Source: a virus
Lineage: Duplodnaviria > Caudoviricetes
Length of the DNA stretch: 39,505 nucleotides
IMG/VR virus record: IMGVR_UViG_3300037714_000280
Span: 1-39,505 of that record
Reading direction: 5' to 3' (one strand)
Position 1 is the stretch's first letter. Every line of letters begins with the position of its first letter. Shown in pieces: positions 7,713 through 17,457 of the stretch. The position numbers and the translations under genes are program-made. Under the pieces are notes generated by a model. The model did no database searches, was not told the DNA's origin, and saw only the letters and a list, made by a program, of their open reading frames with translations.

Positions 7713-10708
7713 CGCCGACCTCGCTTCAAGTTTTCACGCGCCACGGTGCGCTGCAGGTCAGCCGCCGTGTCGGCAGACCCCGTCAGCGCGAACTCCTGAC
7801 CCGCCAGACTGAGGTACACGGGCGTGCCGCCTGCGGAGTCCCTGCCAACGGCGGCTTTCGGTATCGAGGGGATGCTCAGGTTGTTGATGATGCTGGTGGG
7901 CGCGCCGACACTGTCGCTCGCCCGTCCCACCAGGCCGCCGCTGGCGAACTTCGGCAGCCGCATGCGGTTGATGGCTTCGACGAAGGGCAGGCCATAATGC
8001 CGCACAGCCCGCGCCCGCAGCATGTATTCGTTTTTGGATCCCCACATCAGGATCGAGTCGGACGTCTCGGTGCCGGGGCCCTCGAGCAGGCCGCCGTCCG
8101 CGCGCTTGGGCAGGTCATCCAGGAGTTCGCCGGCCTTTTTCCCATAGGCGTTATCCTGCAGCACCACCGGCATGACGATCGGGTTCTGCTGCAGATGGGC
8201 CTGCAGTTGCTGCCTCAGCTGTTCCGCGCTGCGCTCCGCGTTTTCATGGTCGAACCCGATTTCGATCTTCTTCAGGAATTCTGCCTCTGCCACCAGCTTC
8301 GCGATGAACTTTTCCGCGCTCTCCAGGTTGGATTTGGCGGTGCCTTCCTGCTTGGTAGCGGCCTCACTCGCCGTCCGTTCCATCTGGGACAGGAATCCGA
8401 GCAACTGTTGTTTCCCCAGTTCCCCCTTGAAATCCCCGGCCTCCTGCAGTTCCAGAAGGGCGGCCGCCGCCTGCTTCGACAGGTCGATTGCCTGCTCAAA
8501 ATCACCCGCTGCCAGCGCCTGCTTGGCGCTGTTCATCAGGGCGACCATATCCATGAATTCGGTTGGACCTTCCTTTTTAGGTCCTCGCAGCAGCTGCTCC
8601 CGTACCTGCTTGAAATGCTCCTCTACGGCGAGCCGTGCCTGCTGGGCTTTTTCGACGTCCTTCGTTGCCTCGTCATAGGCCTGGAGCTGTTCGGCCAGCG
8701 CATCCTTGATTGCCTCGGTTTCTTGTTTCTTGATGTCGGTGACGGCATCCTGGTGCGCCTTCATGGAGGCTTCGCGTTCGGCCTGAATCTTGTTCGCTTT
8801 CTCCAGGGCTTCGCGCATGAGTCGGGCCTGGCGCGCAGCCTCGATGGTTTCCTCGCTGGGGCCCTTCGACGGATCGACGTCGGCTTCGACACGGCTGCCG
8901 ACGTCCCGCAGTTCTTCATAGAACTCTTTGGCCGCCAGGATGCGGTCACGGTATGCCTGCTGTTCGGTGTCTGACAGGCGTGCCACTTCCTCCGCCGTCA
9001 GCACCTGGACGTTTGCATATTTCTCATACTGCCCGACCAACTCTACCAGGCGCGCGGCGTCGGTCTGCCGGCGATCCGCGATCCCCTCCATCGTGCTCTT
9101 GAGCTCCAGATGGGCGGCCACCAGGTCCCACACCTGCTTCCCGCTCCACGCCGTCAGACCCACAGCGGTCAGACGCATGGCCTTGTTCATGAGGCTTATG
9201 CCAGCGGCTGCCCCGGCGGCGGCACCGCCCAGCGCTGCCGTCGGGGCGATCATTGCCGCGATTCCCGTGGCGGTGCTGATGAGCGCGCCCAGGCCGCTGG
9301 TGGCCAGGCGCAGGGCATTCCACACCTGGCGCAGGCCGAGCACCCAGAGAGCCTTGGCGGCTACCAGCGCAGTGATGCCCACTATCAAGCCCTTCACGGG
9401 CGCTGGCAGTTCGTTCAGGCCCCTGGCCACGCGGGTGAGGATCTCGACCAGCGGTGTGCCGGCTGTGATCAAGTCACCGATCTGCATCGCCAGCTCCGCC
9501 ATCGCGGCGCGGAACTCGCGCATGCGCTGCTCGGGTGTGTTGGCCATCTTGTTGTAGGCCTCGTCGGTCGCGCCGGCGGCGTTATGCATGTTCTCGATGG
9601 AGCCCGCCAGGGCATCGATGTCCCTCGTCAGCGCCAGCACGCCGGTGCGTGCGGTCACGTCAGGCACGATCTGGCGCAGGGTCTCGGGGTCCAGGTTCAG
9701 GCGGGCGATCTGCTCCAGCGTGCCGTACAGGCCGCTCCAGCTGATGCCCAGCTCGTCCATCACCTTCTTCGCTTCCGGCACGGGCGTGGACAGGGCAGTG
9801 ATCGCTGATCGGATGGAGTTGGACGCCACAGCCGTGTCGAGGCCGGCCTGGGTCATCGAGGCGATGGACGCGGCCACCTCCTCGAACGGCACCTTGGCGG
9901 CAGCCGCGATCGGCAGCGCCTGGCCCAGACTGGTGGATAACTGTGGCAGGGTGGTGACGCCGTTCTTCACCGTGGTGAACAGCACGTCGTACACCTGGCC
10001 CAGCTGATCGATTTCCTTGCCGTAGGCATTGACCACGGCCAGGCCCACGCGGGCGGCGCTCTGGGTGTCCGTCACACCCGCCACGGCGGCCCGGGTGGAC
10101 TGGCGCAGCACCTCGATGGCGTTGCCCTCGGGCACCCCGGCGGAGATGATGTCGTACAGCGCCTGGGCGGCGGCGGGGGCGACCACGCCCATCTCCATCG
10201 CCAGCGCGCGCACCTCCTGAGTAAGCTCGGCGAAGCGCGCCGGGCTCACATCGATGAGGGTGAACACCTCCGCCATTTTGGTCTTGAACTCACTCGCCCC
10301 ACCGCCGGCCGCGGTGAGCATGCGCACCACGCCATAGCCCGCACCGGCCAGGGCCAGCATGCCGACCTTAGCCTCGCCCATAACGCGCACCCACCCGGAC
10401 TTCTCCTGGGTGAGTTTGCGTACGCCCTCCTGCATCTGCACATGGGCGCGGGTGAGTTCCTGGCCGGATAACTGGCCCGAGCGGGCCAGCGTCTGGTAGT
10501 CGGTACGGAGCTGGCGGATCTCGCGGTTTAGGGTGCCGAACGGCCGGACACCCAGGCGCTGCATGGCTTCCCCCATGCGCCGGGATCCGGTCGTGGTGGC
10601 GCGCTCCAGTCCCTGAATCTCACCGCGATAGACCGCCGCACCCGCCTTTATCGAGCGTTCAAACGCCTCTGCACGCAGCCGTAATGTGAATTCAACGGTA
10701 TTGGTCAT
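7709..10708 (-). CDS. Tail tape measure protein (TP901-like core), 999 aa
   Basis: Ala-rich and helical; ALYDIISAG, DVLFTTVKNGVTT and C-terminal ADGG..GPGTETSDSI motifs; position after the chaperone. Confidence 0.92.
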   Translation of the reverse strand: MTNTVEFTLRLRAEAFERSIKAGAAVYRGEIQGLERATTTGSRRMGEAMQRLGVRPFGTLNREIRQLRTDYQTLARSGQLSGQELTRAHVQMQEGVRKLTQEKSGWVRVMGEAKVGMLALAGAGYGVVRMLTAAGGGASEFKTKMAEVFTLIDVSPARFAELTQEVRALAMEMGVVAPAAAQALYDIISAGVPEGNAIEVLRQSTRAAVAGVTDTQSAARVGLAVVNAYGKEIDQLGQVYDVLFTTVKNGVTTLPQLSTSLGQALPIAAAAKVPFEEVAASIASMTQAGLDTAVASNSIRSAITALSTPVPEAKKVMDELGISWSGLYGTLEQIARLNLDPETLRQIVPDVTARTGVLALTRDIDALAGSIENMHNAAGATDEAYNKMANTPEQRMREFRAAMAELAMQIGDLITAGTPLVEILTRVARGLNELPAPVKGLIVGITALVAAKALWVLGLRQVWNALRLATSGLGALISTATGIAAMIAPTAALGGAAAGAAAGISLMNKAMRLTAVGLTAWSGKQVWDLVAAHLELKSTMEGIADRRQTDAARLVELVGQYEKYANVQVLTAEEVARLSDTEQQAYRDRILAAKEFYEELRDVGSRVEADVDPSKGPSEETIEAARQARLMREALEKANKIQAEREASMKAHQDAVTDIKKQETEAIKDALAEQLQAYDEATKDVEKAQQARLAVEEHFKQVREQLLRGPKKEGPTEFMDMVALMNSAKQALAAGDFEQAIDLSKQAAAALLELQEAGDFKGELGKQQLLGFLSQMERTASEAATKQEGTAKSNLESAEKFIAKLVAEAEFLKKIEIGFDHENAERSAEQLRQQLQAHLQQNPIVMPVVLQDNAYGKKAGELLDDLPKRADGGLLEGPGTETSDSILMWGSKNEYMLRARAVRHYGLPFVEAINRMRLPKFASGGLVGRASDSVGAPTSIINNLSIPSIPKAAVGRDSAGGTPVYLSLAGQEFALTGSADTAADLQRTVARENLKRGRR

Positions 10709-10726
10709 GGGGCGCCTTCATCACGT

Positions 10727-10915
10727 TCACTTGCGGCTGGCTTTCAGTTCGGCAATGGCAGACCGGTATATGCTCCAGGGGTAACTCCACACATTCGCGT
10801 GGCCCGCGCGGGCCAGCGCGGAGGCCGTCAACTCGACCTGTCGTGCACGGCTTGTTGTGCGGCCTCCAGGACCTGGCGGCCGGCCTCTACCACCCGGTCC
10901 CTCATGGCGAAAAAA
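10727..10915 (-). CDS. Putative -1 frameshift extension of the tail assembly chaperone (gpT-like)
   Basis: Slippery T TTT TTC at 10915-10909. The -1 frame is open to TGA 10727 and ends ...ALARAGHANVWSYPWSIYRSAIAELKASRK. Confidence 0.6.
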   Translation of the reverse strand, partial: FFRHEGPGGRGRPPGPGGRTTSRARQVELTASALARAGHANVWSYPWSIYRSAIAELKASRK

Positions 10916-11175
10916 TCCGCGTTCAGCTCCTTGGCCGCCTCGATGAGCGCGCGGATCTCGCTGGGAGTGAGGTCGTCCAGCGAGACACCGTCGACCATGC
11001 GCGCCAGCTCGGACAGCCCCAGCTCCTCGAACAGCACCGCGCCCACGGCGTCATCCGCGAGATTTCCCTGGCTTGGGGACTCCATGTCCTTCAGCCAGGC
11101 GCGGATCTCCGCCACGTTCAATTCCTTGACCGTGCCGGAGGTATCACCCACTTTCACTTCCCGGGTGCGCCGCAT
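10828..11175 (-). CDS. Tail assembly chaperone, 115 aa
   Basis: Between tail tube and tape measure; VKELNVAEIRAW...LTPSEI...KELNADFF. Confidence 0.8.
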   Translation of the reverse strand: MRRTREVKVGDTSGTVKELNVAEIRAWLKDMESPSQGNLADDAVGAVLFEELGLSELARMVDGVSLDDLTPSEIRALIEAAKELNADFFAMRDRVVEAGRQVLEAAQQAVHDRSS

Positions 11176-11178
11176 CCG

Positions 11179-11904
11179 TTATGCCTCCACCTGGCTGACA
11201 CGGTAGTACCCGCTCACGCCGGCGCCCTTGCTGGTGTCGCGCAGGATGCGGCCAGCGACCGCCTGCTCGCCGAAGTCATCACCAATGAGCGGCACTTCCT
11301 GGGCAGGGCCCGGCTTCCAGCGCCAGATGTCGATGACCACAGGCTTGCCAGACTGCGCCTCGTTCAGACCGGCGACGGTCACCTCATACTCCTGGCCGGA
11401 CTGGGTCAGAGCCTCGATCACACGGCGCGCCGAATAGTCGTAGCTGACGAACAGATCCTCATCCTCGCTGATGGCGCCCGAAGCCAGCGGCACGATGCCG
11501 GCCGCCGAGACCTCGTAGTCGGTGCCCAGGTCGTAGGTCACCAGCTCGGTCGCCGCATCCACCACCACCAGGTCGGCCGGATCCATATGTGTGAGCCGGA
11601 TCAAGTGTCCAAGCTTGGCGGTGTGCGGCTCATCCACGGCCGAACCCGCTGCGACATTGCTGTGCGAGCCAGAAGTAGACAGGGCCCAGTTCTCGGCGAC
11701 GAAGTCACGCATCGTGAGCGCGAACTCCACCGACTGGATACGTGGGATCGAGTTGGCCAGCCCGCCGCCGGGGTTCTGGTAGTCACGCAGATCCCGCGTT
11801 TCTTCCTGCTGACGCAGGTTGCCCAGTGAGCAGTTGCCGGCAGGGCGACCACCAATGAACACCTGGCCGACGCCGATGTAGCTGAATTCCTTTGTCGTGA
11901 TCAT
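11179..11904 (-). CDS. Major tail (tube) protein, 241 aa
   Basis: SYIGVGQV..GNCS..DYQNPGGG..GLNEAQSGKPVVID..LIGDDFG pattern and position; no sheath gene nearby. Confidence 0.8.
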   Translation of the reverse strand: MITTKEFSYIGVGQVFIGGRPAGNCSLGNLRQQEETRDLRDYQNPGGGLANSIPRIQSVEFALTMRDFVAENWALSTSGSHSNVAAGSAVDEPHTAKLGHLIRLTHMDPADLVVVDAATELVTYDLGTDYEVSAAGIVPLASGAISEDEDLFVSYDYSARRVIEALTQSGQEYEVTVAGLNEAQSGKPVVIDIWRWKPGPAQEVPLIGDDFGEQAVAGRILRDTSKGAGVSGYYRVSQVEA

Positions 11905-12089
11905 TAGTTCGAGGCTCCTTTCTGGCTGGATACATTACGCGGCGGGACGATGCCCTTGGACGCCATCCAGTCACGCAGCTTGGGCCGCACCTGGATCTTG
12001 GTGTCTTTCGGCAGATCGATGCCGCGATGCCGGATTGGCTTCAGGAGTGTTACCTCCTCCTTTGGTGCCTTGTCGGTCTTGGTGCTCAT
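11904..12089 (-). CDS. Small basic hypothetical protein, 61 aa
   Basis: Coupled at both ends (ATGA, TAATG); AGGAG SD; VTLLKPIRHRG motif. Confidence 0.7.
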   Translation of the reverse strand: MSTKTDKAPKEEVTLLKPIRHRGIDLPKDTKIQVRPKLRDWMASKGIVPPRNVSSQKGASN

Positions 12090-12541
12090 GGTTGTGACTC
12101 TCCTTTACGGACAATGTTGCTGGCATAGGCCAGCGGGAAATAACCGAACCCCTTCTCGTATTGAGGCGGGGGCGCGTTGATCTTGTGCAGGGGGCCAAAG
12201 TCCGGCCCAGGATTCCAGCCCTGCAGGCTGGCGTTGATGCGCCAGAGCAGGTCACCGGCCTCCCGGCGGGCGGCCACCCCGGTGCGCATGTCGCGTCCGT
12301 TGCGCACCACCGCGACCACCATCCAGCGCTGCTGGACGATCTGCACCAGGCCGTTGTGGCTGCGCTGCTTGTCCCCCGGCAGCACCTGCTCGCCGAACGG
12401 CACCACATCGATGCGCGGCGCCTGCTGCGCGTTGGCAGACACGCCATCGAGGTCATACATGCCATCGATCGCGCCACTCAGTTCCGGCAGCCGGGCCTTC
12501 AGGCGGGCGATGATCAGGTCCTCCAGGGCCAGGTAGTTCAT
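12086..12541 (-). CDS. Tail terminator / Mu gp37-like protein, 151 aa
   Basis: NYLALEDLIIARL...QRWMVVAVVRN...LQGWNP...GFGYFPLAY; position before the tail tube. Confidence 0.75.
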   Translation of the reverse strand: MNYLALEDLIIARLKARLPELSGAIDGMYDLDGVSANAQQAPRIDVVPFGEQVLPGDKQRSHNGLVQIVQQRWMVVAVVRNGRDMRTGVAARREAGDLLWRINASLQGWNPGPDFGPLHKINAPPPQYEKGFGYFPLAYASNIVRKGESQP

Positions 12542-13053
12542 GCGTCCACCGCCTGGCGCACACGGCGCCGGATGATATCCATGACCTGGTCGCGATCGTC
12601 TGCACTGAGGCCGAGGTAGGGCCGCGCCGGGATCCGCACCCGTGCGCTGCGCCGGCCGGCCTCGCCACCGAGCTGGTGGATGGCGGCATACACCTGGTTG
12701 CTGCCCACCACCACGCCATCGGATTCGGCCTGGTAGGTGATGGAGTCGCGCAGATGGCCCCGGTCCACCAGGATGGCCATGTTGGCCAGCTTGCGCATGG
12801 CGCCGACCTTCAGGCTGCCATCCTTCTTGCGCGCCTTCCCGCCGCCGATGCGGGCGTACATCGTCGCATCCGAGAGCGGTTCCCAGGCATTGCCGTCCGG
12901 GTCCACGCCGCGCTTGAAGCGCTGCTGCACGGAACTCACCAGGTGGGCGCCGATCTCATCGAACATTGCGGTGGCGTCGAACTGTTGCAGGCGCGTCAGC
13001 ACCGCCAGTACGGCCTGATCATCCCGGCTGAGCTCCATCGTCACGCCGGTCAT
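12538..13053 (-). CDS. Virion morphogenesis protein (Mu gpG-like), 171 aa
   Basis: RF..GVDPDG.AW.PLS, IL.DRG.LRDSI, VGSN.VYAAIHQLGG and IPARPYLGLS motifs; start ATG 13053. Confidence 0.9.
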   Translation of the reverse strand: MTGVTMELSRDDQAVLAVLTRLQQFDATAMFDEIGAHLVSSVQQRFKRGVDPDGNAWEPLSDATMYARIGGGKARKKDGSLKVGAMRKLANMAILVDRGHLRDSITYQAESDGVVVGSNQVYAAIHQLGGEAGRRSARVRIPARPYLGLSADDRDQVMDIIRRRVRQAVDA

Positions 13054-13087
13054 CAGTAGGATTCCCAGTCGAGGGCGAGGTGGTTGC

Positions 13088-13384
13088 TCATACCACACTC
13101 CCGGCAATACCCAGATGTAGCATCAGCGCGGCGTACACGGCCGCCTTGATGTTGCTGTAGAGGGACCCGGACACGGTAGGTGTGGCGGCCACGGCCAGGA
13201 ACTCATCCCCGCTTATATCCGCCCGGTGCCCACCCACCACCACAAACTGCTCGCCGTCCATGTACCCGGAGACGTACTGGATGTGAATCGTCTGGGTCTG
13301 GTTGTTGACCATGAACGATGTCACCTCGTAGGTGTCCACGTTGCGGACGACCTCGGGCACTACGTTGTCTGCAATTAAAGGCAT
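13088..13384 (-). CDS. Hypothetical protein, 98 aa (fibre cassette)
   Basis: Co-linear ORF with a GGGA SD; no family recognised. Confidence 0.6.
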   Translation of the reverse strand: MPLIADNVVPEVVRNVDTYEVTSFMVNNQTQTIHIQYVSGYMDGEQFVVVGGHRADISGDEFLAVAATPTVSGSLYSNIKAAVYAALMLHLGIAGSVV

Positions 13385-13392
13385 ACCGTCCC

Positions 13393-14058
13393 CTAGAAAT
13401 TGAGTAGCTGCAGCGGGCTGATCCCGCTCGGAGGCGTGCCGCCCGAGATCGGCGCCGCTACATCCCCGTCTGTACCCACGTACAGCTCCGCCACATATAT
13501 CGCCGCTGGGTTGGCCCCGCGCCCGATGATGAACAGGCCCACCGCGCCCGATTCATATGTCGCATCCGCAACCTCCTCGGTCCAACCCGCTGGCTCATCC
13601 TCCAGCGCCCCCGCCCAGCTTTTGTGGCGGACCGTGGTGCCGGTTGCCTCTACCCTGCGCCACCGATAGGCGGTTGTGGTTTCCGCGTCCGACGCCCCCA
13701 GCAGCACGGCGCTGGCCGCGTCCAGGCGCATCAACTGCACCGCCGCCGAAAACGCATGCGAGACGTACCCGGTCAGGCTGTCGAGCATCCGCGCGCACAG
13801 CCCCCCGCCATACACGGTCGCGGACCCGCCCGTGTGGCGCACCCTGGCCAGCACTTGCGTTTCCGCGATCGCCGCGCCGGCCGGTGTCCATAACGCAATG
13901 TGCCGCGACAGGTTTATAGTCAACCAGGCGAACAGCAGGGCAGGTGTGCCGGCGTCGTCTACCTTGGTAAGCGACACCGTCCCACTGGACGACGCAATGG
14001 TGAACTCCGCCTGCAGCGCGGCCTCTGATTGCGACAGGTCGAGCGCGTACTGAGCCAT
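13393..14058 (-). CDS. Hypothetical beta-rich protein, 221 aa (possible lectin-like fold)
   Basis: Starts 1 nt after the collagen gene stop; GTTVRHKSW....EP.GW...D....SGAVGL pattern suggests a ConA-like beta sandwich (inference). Confidence 0.6.
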   Translation of the reverse strand: MAQYALDLSQSEAALQAEFTIASSSGTVSLTKVDDAGTPALLFAWLTINLSRHIALWTPAGAAIAETQVLARVRHTGGSATVYGGGLCARMLDSLTGYVSHAFSAAVQLMRLDAASAVLLGASDAETTTAYRWRRVEATGTTVRHKSWAGALEDEPAGWTEEVADATYESGAVGLFIIGRGANPAAIYVAELYVGTDGDVAAPISGGTPPSGISPLQLLNF

Positions 14059-14059
14059 G

Positions 14060-15934
14060 CTATGCGGCCCCCACGCCTGAATACACCCAGCCGTTCGGGT
14101 TGCCGTCGAACGTGATGACGTTCATGCCGGCGTCCGCGGTGTTGTATGTCGGCGAGGCCGCGCCCAGGTGAGTTGCGCCTGCGACCGTGATGGTGTGCCC
14201 GGCGCCGCTGTTGACCAGGCGCAGGCGGATATACGCCGCCGTAGCGGGTGCCGCTGGCAGGGTGATGGTCACGTCGTCGTTCACCACGCCGCGCTGTTTG
14301 TTGCCGTCGGCGATGTCCAGCGTGATCGCGGTGCCCAGGTTGCCGTGGTTGTGCTCAGCCTGGGTGACGGTGTTGGGCACGGCGACGCCGTTGCTGTCGG
14401 CCAGTTTGATGGTGTAGGTCGTGGCGCCGACTGTGATCTTGGACCACGTTTCGCCGGCCGCGCCGGTGCCGGTGCCGTCGGATACCCAGGTGACGCTCGC
14501 GCCTTCCGGCGGGTCCGCGGGGTCTGCGCTCATGTCGCGTAGGGTGAGTGCGCCGTCGATGTCCAGCTTGCTGGTGGGCTCGTCTGTACCGACTCCCACG
14601 CGATCGCTGCCGGCGTCCAGATGCAGCAGCGGCGTCGCGGCTGTACCGTAAAACGAATAATCGATGTCGTGCTGGCCAGCGTTGAATCGTACCGTTGACA
14701 GCAGACTCTGCCGTGGCGGGAAATCCATAATGGGCCAGTCTTCTGCGGCGCCGATTGCCGTAGAATTCAAAGCTGGCACAGACAGCCGCCACAGATTTTC
14801 AGAGTGATCTATCCCCGCACGCGCGCGAAGGAATGGGCTGGTCCTCCACTGGGCAAATGCGTCCGTGTTGATACCGTGCAGCGCGATCAGCACCCCATCC
14901 TGGGTTGCTGATTCCGCGCCGAACATTTGGCCAAACACCACCGTGCCCTGCTGTGATATGCACATGCGCGGCAGGCCCGTGTCGCTTGCATGCGTGTTGG
15001 TTGCCGCCGTATAGAATAAGTGCTCCGTTGCATCGGGCGCTTCCCAGCCACCGCCTCCGTAATACAGCGTGCGGGAGCCGCCATCAACGGATTCCCAGCC
15101 GCACAGCCCCACGAACGGGTGTCTTGCGGGGTTGGCTCGCGCAACAGCGTATAGGCCACCATCCGTACCGCCACCCAGTACAAACGACAGGTAACTAGAC
15201 GACCCCCCGCCGGTGAACTCGCCAGCACGATAGCGCGACCAGAGCACACCCTTCGGTCCCGTGGTGGTCCCCGCTGCGGTGGCTCGCAGCGTGCCGAACT
15301 CATCGACCGTGACGCTGCTCCAGACGACATCGTAGTCGGTCGCGCTGGCCTTGCGCGGTATCGCGTGCGCTGCGCCACCGGCGGGCAGGCCGGGGCCGGG
15401 GTCGCCATCCGCGCCATCCGCGCCATCCGCTCCTGGGACGCCCTGAATGCCCTGCGGACCCTCTGGCCCCATCGGCCCGGGGTCACCCTGGATGCCTTGC
15501 AGGCCCTGGTCGCCCTGCGGCCCTTGTGACCCCTCTGCGCCTTCCAGGGACGCGATGAAATCCGCCTCCGTGCCGACGTTGCCGAGCGCCAGCCACGCCT
15601 CATATGCGCTGGCTCCGTCCGCGCCGGGGTCACCCTGGATACCTTGCGGGCCGACCGGCCCCTCGGGTCCCTGGATGCCGGGGTCACCCTGCGGTCCCTG
15701 TGCACCGTCCGCACCAGGATCGCCTGCGGGCCCCTGCGGGCCTGCCGGCCCGGGGTCGCCTGCACCTCCCTTCGGCCCCTGCAGCACGGCGCCGAGCGCG
15801 GTCTGCAGCGGCGCGGTGGTCACGGTGAAGCTGGTCGCCAGCTCCTGCACGATCGAGGTCACTGGCGCTGGCGCGATCAGCGTCAGCGTGGTGGTGATGG
15901 CTGCGATGCTGGATGCCGTGATGGTGGTAATCAC
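14060..15934 (-). CDS. Collagen-like fibre protein, 624 aa
   Basis: Two Gly-X-Y runs separated by [22 protein letters not shown]; [17 protein letters not shown] fibre-type motif; GTG start overlapping the upstream stop. Confidence 0.85.
   Translation of the reverse strand: MITTITASSIAAITTTLTLIAPAPVTSIVQELATSFTVTTAPLQTALGAVLQGPKGGAGDPGPAGPQGPAGDPGADGAQGPQGDPGIQGPEGPVGPQGIQGDPGADGASAYEAWLALGNVGTEADFIASLEGAEGSQGPQGDQGLQGIQGDPGPMGPEGPQGIQGVPGADGADGADGDPGPGLPAGGAAHAIPRKASATDYDVVWSSVTVDEFGTLRATAAGTTTGPKGVLWSRYRAGEFTGGGSSSYLSFVLGGGTDGGLYAVARANPARHPFVGLCGWESVDGGSRTLYYGGGGWEAPDATEHLFYTAATNTHASDTGLPRMCISQQGTVVFGQMFGAESATQDGVLIALHGINTDAFAQWRTSPFLRARAGIDHSENLWRLSVPALNSTAIGAAEDWPIMDFPPRQSLLSTVRFNAGQHDIDYSFYGTAATPLLHLDAGSDRVGVGTDEPTSKLDIDGALTLRDMSADPADPPEGASVTWVSDGTGTGAAGETWSKITVGATTYTIKLADSNGVAVPNTVTQAEHNHGNLGTAITLDIADGNKQRGVVNDDVTITLPAAPATAAYIRLRLVNSGAGHTITVAGATHLGAASPTYNTADAGMNVITFDGNPNGWVYSGVGAA
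15389..15778 (-). repeat. Gly-X-Y collagen repeats (about 19 + 17 triplets)
   Basis: Counted from the translation, residues 53-109 and 132-182. Confidence 0.9.
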
Positions 15935-16251
15935 GGCGCGACCTCCGGCAGGGTGATGTCCTTCTTCACGAGGATTTCGAACGTTTCGGTGCTGATGACC
16001 TGCCCGGCGTCGGTGGTGTATTCGACATCACAGTAATTCATGCCGACCGGCCAGGCGGTCGTGTCGTCGTGGCGCAGGGTGTACTTGCCTAGGCCTACGT
16101 CCGTGACCGTCACCTGAACGTCGGCGAGCAGCACGTCCTTCCGGTCGCGTACCTGGGAACGGATACCCCAGCCTGTTATGGGCTCCGGCACGCCATTAAT
16201 GGCGACGTCGCCGAGCACAAGGAAGGTGTCGCCACGCTTGATCTCGATCAC
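15931..16251 (-). CDS. Fibre-associated adaptor-like protein, 106 aa
   Basis: IKRGDTF...ITGW.IRSQVR...T.AWPVG...DVEY...STETF pattern, commonly seen just upstream of phage fibre/collagen genes (BppU-N-like; inference). Confidence 0.6.
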   Translation of the reverse strand: MIEIKRGDTFLVLGDVAINGVPEPITGWGIRSQVRDRKDVLLADVQVTVTDVGLGKYTLRHDDTTAWPVGMNYCDVEYTTDAGQVISTETFEILVKKDITLPEVAP

Positions 16252-16490
16252 CGGATTACCTCCCGGTCGCCGCGATCACGCTCGATGGATTTGTCGCAGT
16301 GGTTGCGGTCGAACAGGTGAAACAGCCGGCACAGCCAGTAGGCCCAGGGTTGGTCGTGCACACGCTTGCCCACGCGGCTGCTGATGGTTTCGTCGGGGTC
16401 GCCGCCGAGCAGGGCGTTGGCGAGCTGATCGAGATCGAGGGCGACGAGGATGTTCCCGATCCAGCGGCGGGCTTTGTGCCAGTGGCTCAT
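16248..16490 (-). CDS. Conserved phage hypothetical protein, 80 aa
   Basis: DQLANALLGGDPDETISSR...D.NHC motif; coupled to both neighbours. Confidence 0.7.
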   Translation of the reverse strand: MSHWHKARRWIGNILVALDLDQLANALLGGDPDETISSRVGKRVHDQPWAYWLCRLFHLFDRNHCDKSIERDRGDREVIR

Positions 16491-16903
16491 CAGTAGCGAT
16501 CCCAGTCGTGCCCGCTGTTGCCGCCCTGCACGCGCACGCGGCCTTCCGGTGTGGCGACACCTGCATCGACGGCGCCCAGGCTGGCGTGGCCGTTAGATAC
16601 GTCCCGCAGCCACTTCACCTGGCGCTCGTAGCGTTTCTCGACTTCCTCGGTCGTTTGCGCGCCATAGAGGTTATAGCGCGCGATATCCGCGGTGGCCTGC
16701 GGCAGGTTGGAGCCCTGCACCAGGTTCAGTTCCAGCGGCAGCCGGTAGCGCGGCGCCAGGTAGGAATCCACCATCGCCTCGGCATCGGCAATGGCGCGAT
16801 TGAGGATCTCGTCGTCGATGAGGTCCAGCCGCGCGCGATCGGTTAGCTGGATCAGCTCCGTTTGGCCGAAGCGCTGCTCCATGTCGTCGCGGTCGGTATA
16901 CAT
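16490..16903 (-). CDS. Head-tail adaptor, Mu gp36 (DUF1320-like), 137 aa
   Basis: RFG..ELIQLTD, AIADA.A.VDSYL..RY.LPL, DIARY.L, RY....KWL.DV..G.ASLG. Confidence 0.9.
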   Translation of the reverse strand: MYTDRDDMEQRFGQTELIQLTDRARLDLIDDEILNRAIADAEAMVDSYLAPRYRLPLELNLVQGSNLPQATADIARYNLYGAQTTEEVEKRYERQVKWLRDVSNGHASLGAVDAGVATPEGRVRVQGGNSGHDWDRY

Positions 16904-16906
16904 CGC

Positions 16907-17308
16907 CTACTTGATATCCTTATCGCTCTGCACGGCCATCCAGGCATCGTTGCGCTCGACGGCGGTCACCGGCCAGCCGAGCTGCTCGGTGAGCGCGGCC
17001 ACCTGCGGCACGCCGCCGCCGGTCCAGTGCGCCGGGTTGTTCTGGTCCAGCTGGCTGATGACCTCGCGGATCGCGGCAATGCGCGCCGCCGGATCTTCCG
17101 GGGCCGGCTTGCGGTTCGGGTTGTTCTGATCGGGCGCGGGGGCACGCGGCGCCCCGCTGCCGGGCGCCTCGATCGGGCGGTCCGCCACGGCACCGCTGGC
17201 CCTGAGACGGGCCGCGGCTTCCTCGCACAGCTCGATGCGATCACCGGGGGCGAACCGTTCGCCGTTGTATTTGACCGGGCTGGTGACGATATAGGTGTTC
17301 AGGGACAT
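16907..17308 (-). CDS. Mu gp35-like head accessory protein, 133 aa
   Basis: Start ATG 17308; PVKYNGERFAPGD N-terminal domain, Pro-rich linker, HWTGGGVPQV C-terminal domain; between capsid and gp36. Confidence 0.7.
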   Translation of the reverse strand: MSLNTYIVTSPVKYNGERFAPGDRIELCEEAAARLRASGAVADRPIEAPGSGAPRAPAPDQNNPNRKPAPEDPAARIAAIREVISQLDQNNPAHWTGGGVPQVAALTEQLGWPVTAVERNDAWMAVQSDKDIK

Positions 17309-17457
17309 GGTGCGGGCCTCTTGAAATTGGTGCGGGTCCTGCCGAAACCATCCCCGGTTATCCGACCCACAAGGGTTCACCGGTTGAGCCTGGCCGGGGC
17401 TCCCCGGACCAGCGCCAGGCGGCCGGTCCGGATCGATGCCCCTTCGCGGGGTTATGC

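Noticed and set aside
15389-15778. Periodic repeats as a CRISPR array
   Set aside because: They are coding Gly-X-Y collagen repeats with no unique spacers and no cas genes.
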